Source of the DNA: Paraspadella gotoi
Lineage: Eukaryota; Animalia; Chaetognatha
Direction of reading: 5' to 3'
Length of the DNA stretch: 13,037 bases
Assembly: GCA_051294375.1 (NCBI GenBank)
Contig: JBJCIZ010000240.1
Coordinates: 68,628 to 81,664, forward strand
Both the position numbers and the translations under genes were made by a program. Every line of letters starts with the position of its first letter. Positions within the stretch are counted from its first letter, which is position 1. The notes beneath the pieces were generated by a model, which saw only the letters and a list, made by a program, of their open reading frames with translations, did not search any database and was not told the origin of the DNA. Positions 10,481-13,037 of the stretch are shown here, piece by piece.

Positions 10481-10929
10481 CTATGCCTCTTCCCTTTTCC
10501 ATTGTATCACTCTCCGTTTGTTCATCACCCATCTCTATCCTGGCTCTCGCTGCCGCGCTGCCCATCGAATCCCTCACCTTTATCCCGACCTTACCCCGAT
10601 CCTCGATCGAACTCACCCTCCACGCGTCAGCCTCATTCCTCGACTTCCCTTCTTTCGAATCAAACTGGTTTCATTTATCATCCGCATATTAATTCCTCGC
10701 TGCGGCTCAGAGGGACCGTCTACCCTCCGACTTACCATCTCCCTTTGCTAACCCTTACCCTTTGCTAACCGCCTTCCCACCCTTCATCTACCCATCCTCT
10801 TATTTCCCCCCTTCACATTTCCTACCTTCCTACCCCCACCTTCACCCCCAACCTCTCTCGCATTCCGCGCGTCTGCTCGACCTTTTGTCGCCTCCAATCC
10901 AAAAAATGGCGGCAGAGACAGAATGCGAA

Positions 10930-10931
<2 letters not shown>

Positions 10932-10970
<39 letters not shown>
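10932..10970 (+). repeat. (GAC)13 microsatellite
   Basis: Perfect GAC x13; counterpart of 4228-4257. Confidence 0.95.
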
Positions 10971-10971
<1 letters not shown>

Positions 10972-11108
10972 TGACTGAGACGGAACCGTATGTTTGACGA
11001 CGACGATAACGACGACGATGACGGAGACAGACCGACTATGACCGACGATAACGACGACGTCGCTTCCGGAAAGGTCTTATCTGCGGCGCCATTGATGAGA
11101 GACCGTGG

Positions 11109-12891
11109 GACGATAAGAGAGAGATGAGAGACTGTTCAAACGAATTGACCAGAAAATCAAAATCGAACTCCAAAAACACGTCACGTGCTCCTTGACCTTG
11201 GGGAGGGGACGAGTAAAATTTGAGAGTACAGAGTGGGATATGGAAGAGAGAATCGGAGGAGAAGAGGGGAGAGGGAGAGGGAAAGAGGGAGACGAGAGAC
11301 GGAGAGAGAGGGATAAAATAGAGAAGGGATGGCAGGGAAGAATTCACAACGAAGGACTCCCGAGAAAATGCCTCCGGAGGAATGCAAAGCAGAGAGGGTG
11401 GGGAGAGAGAGAGAGAGAATAGAGAGAGATTGGAGAGAAACAAAGAGGAGTAAGAGAGGCAGAATGACGAGATAAGAAAATAGAAGTAAATGAAATCAGG
11501 ATGGAGAAGTTTAAAAAGGAAACTTAAAGAGGAATAGATAGAATAGAGTAAGTAAAAGGGACTAGAGATAGTAGTATATATAGATAGAACAATAAAATAA
11601 AGCTGATGAGAAACAAAAGGTATTTTAAAGAGAAGAGGTAAAGATAGGCCGAGACCTTAGAAAAAAAAATATTAAAAGAATATTTAAGGGAAAATAAAAC
11701 GTAAGTTAAAGAAAGAAATAGCATAAATATTTGTTTGTGTGGTGTTTTTTTTGTTTTGTGTTTTGTATTTTACTTTTTGTTTGGTTGTGTTTTCTTTAGC
11801 CAACACGGGCCGCTTTTTTTTTTTTTCTCGTCGGTCCCCGGCCAGGCATTTGTGCCCGGAGGCGACGGTGGGCGTATGATCGAAGGGTGGGTTGGTGGTT
11901 TTATAGAAAGAAGGGCCTGGAGGGCGGCGACAGTCGAGCGCAAGAGAAGGCGGAGCGCGGCGGCCAAAAAGGGCCCCTTGTATATAGTTGAAGAGGGCGG
12001 TCTTTCTTCCTCGCGGGTCATTCTAACTCTTGCATATGCAAATGATGAAAAGAAGGACCGGCAGGGTGCCCGTGAAAAGTAAGACTTCTCTTCTATCTCA
12101 CTTTCTCTCTGCTTTCCTTCTCTTCTGTCTTTCTTTTCTTTGCTTCTTTCTTTTTTTCTTCTTTCTTTCTTTCATCCTTCCTTATCTTTCTTTCTGTTTT
12201 TTTTTCTTTCTCTTTTTATTCTTCTTTCCTTCTTTCCTTCTTTCTTTCTCTTTCTTTTCTTTCTTTCTTCTTTCTCTTTTCTTTCTTTCTTTTTCTTTTT
12301 TCTTTCTTTCTTTTTCTTTCTTTCTTCTTTCTCTCTTTCCGTGCAAGGTGAGACAAAAGCTCGGCCTGCTGGAGGAAAAAAAAAAGGAAGCTGGTGCGGC
12401 GAATAATAAACAGATCTCTGATTGCTGCGTTCACCAGAAACGTCGAACGCTCTATTGGTTGAAGTCGTTAGATTTCGAAGTGAAAAAAAATCCAATTAAC
12501 GGTTCGCGACGACTGTCCATGAGCTCTCGATTCTCGTTATGCTATCAGGGAATGACGAGGAAGAGAGAGAGAGAGAGACGAGAAGGAGATGATGAGAGAT
12601 GAGGAGAGAGGAGAGGTTTGGGTCAGTGCAGTCTCGTACAGCTGGGGTGGGAGGAATGAATGATAGAATTTAAAGCCCCTCCTTCGGAAATCAACAACTT
12701 CCGTGCATTCCTCTCACGTGCGGGCAGATTCGTGCATGATGGATGCGAGAGAGAGAAGATAAGAGACAGAGAGAGAGAGAGAGAGATGAGAGAGAGAGAT
12801 AAGATGAGAGATAGACCGAGAGATATAGATGAGAGGGAGAGAGAGAGAAATGAGAGAGTGATGAGTCTACATGATTCGGTTTGGCACCCAT
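11109..12891 (-). repeat. Block Y, copy 2 (inverted repeat of ~4461-6450)
   Basis: Reverse-complement anchors as listed for copy 1; ends at the third gap. Confidence 0.9.
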
Positions 12892-12916
12892 NNNNNNNNN
12901 NNNNNNNNNNNNNNNN
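12892..12916. other. Assembly gap (25 N)
   Basis: Run of exactly 25 N. Confidence 1.
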
Positions 12917-13037
12917 TCTCTCTCTCTCTTCCTCGATTTGCATAACGAGAATCGAAGCTCTGACGTCGTCGCGAACGTTGGATTTTGTTTTCCTTCGAAT
13001 CTACGACTTCAACCAATGAGCGTTCGACGTTCTGTGA
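12917..13037 (+). repeat. Third partial copy of block Y (direct to ~4995-5182, inverted to ~12430-12560)
   Basis: CTCGATTTGCATAACGAGAATCG is identical to 5017-5039. ACGACTTCAACCAAT..GAGCGTTCGACGTT matches the reverse complement of ~12440-12470. Confidence 0.85.

Larger units (their letters stand above)
8470..11108 (+). repeat. Block X, copy 2 (direct repeat of ~1840-4460)
   Basis: Same collinear anchors as copy 1. Weaker similarity extends left to ~7830, matching ~17-165 (CGCCTAAATGATACC at 128 vs CGCTAAATGATTACC at 7957). Confidence 0.9.

Noticed and set aside
11095-11125. Possible PacBio SMRTbell adapter remnant at the orientation switch
   Set aside because: No (GTT)n/(AAC)n adapter core; the GA run is explained as the reverse complement of ~6424-6450.
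1-13037. Prokaryotic or phage systems, CRISPR array, rRNA, tRNA or histone genes
   Set aside because: No repeat-spacer array, cloverleaf, rRNA signature or recognisable conserved protein; the composition is that of eukaryotic intergenic or intronic DNA.

Overview
This is eukaryotic (probably invertebrate animal) non-coding DNA rich in simple repeats: (CT/GA)n, (GAC)n and long polypyrimidine/polypurine tracts. I cannot support any intact protein-coding or RNA gene. Nearly all ORFs in the track are translations of low-complexity repeats. Structure: block X (~1840-4460) recurs in direct orientation at ~8470-11108. Block Y (~4461-6450) recurs inverted at ~11109-12891, and a third partial copy of Y starts at 12917. 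The copies differ mostly by small indels and the window has three gaps of exactly 25 N, which suggests noisy long-read gap filling and possibly false duplication. Candidate real elements are a ~1.36 kb TGT...ACA LTR-like segment (374-1729, minus strand) that appears absent from the second copy, a degenerate Penelope-like GIY-YIG endonuclease remnant (~7107-7344, minus) next to a hammerhead-like hairpin, an 18-bp minisatellite, and clusters of octamer/CRE/CCAAT/E-box motifs shared between copies of Y. I found no convincing novel biological system.
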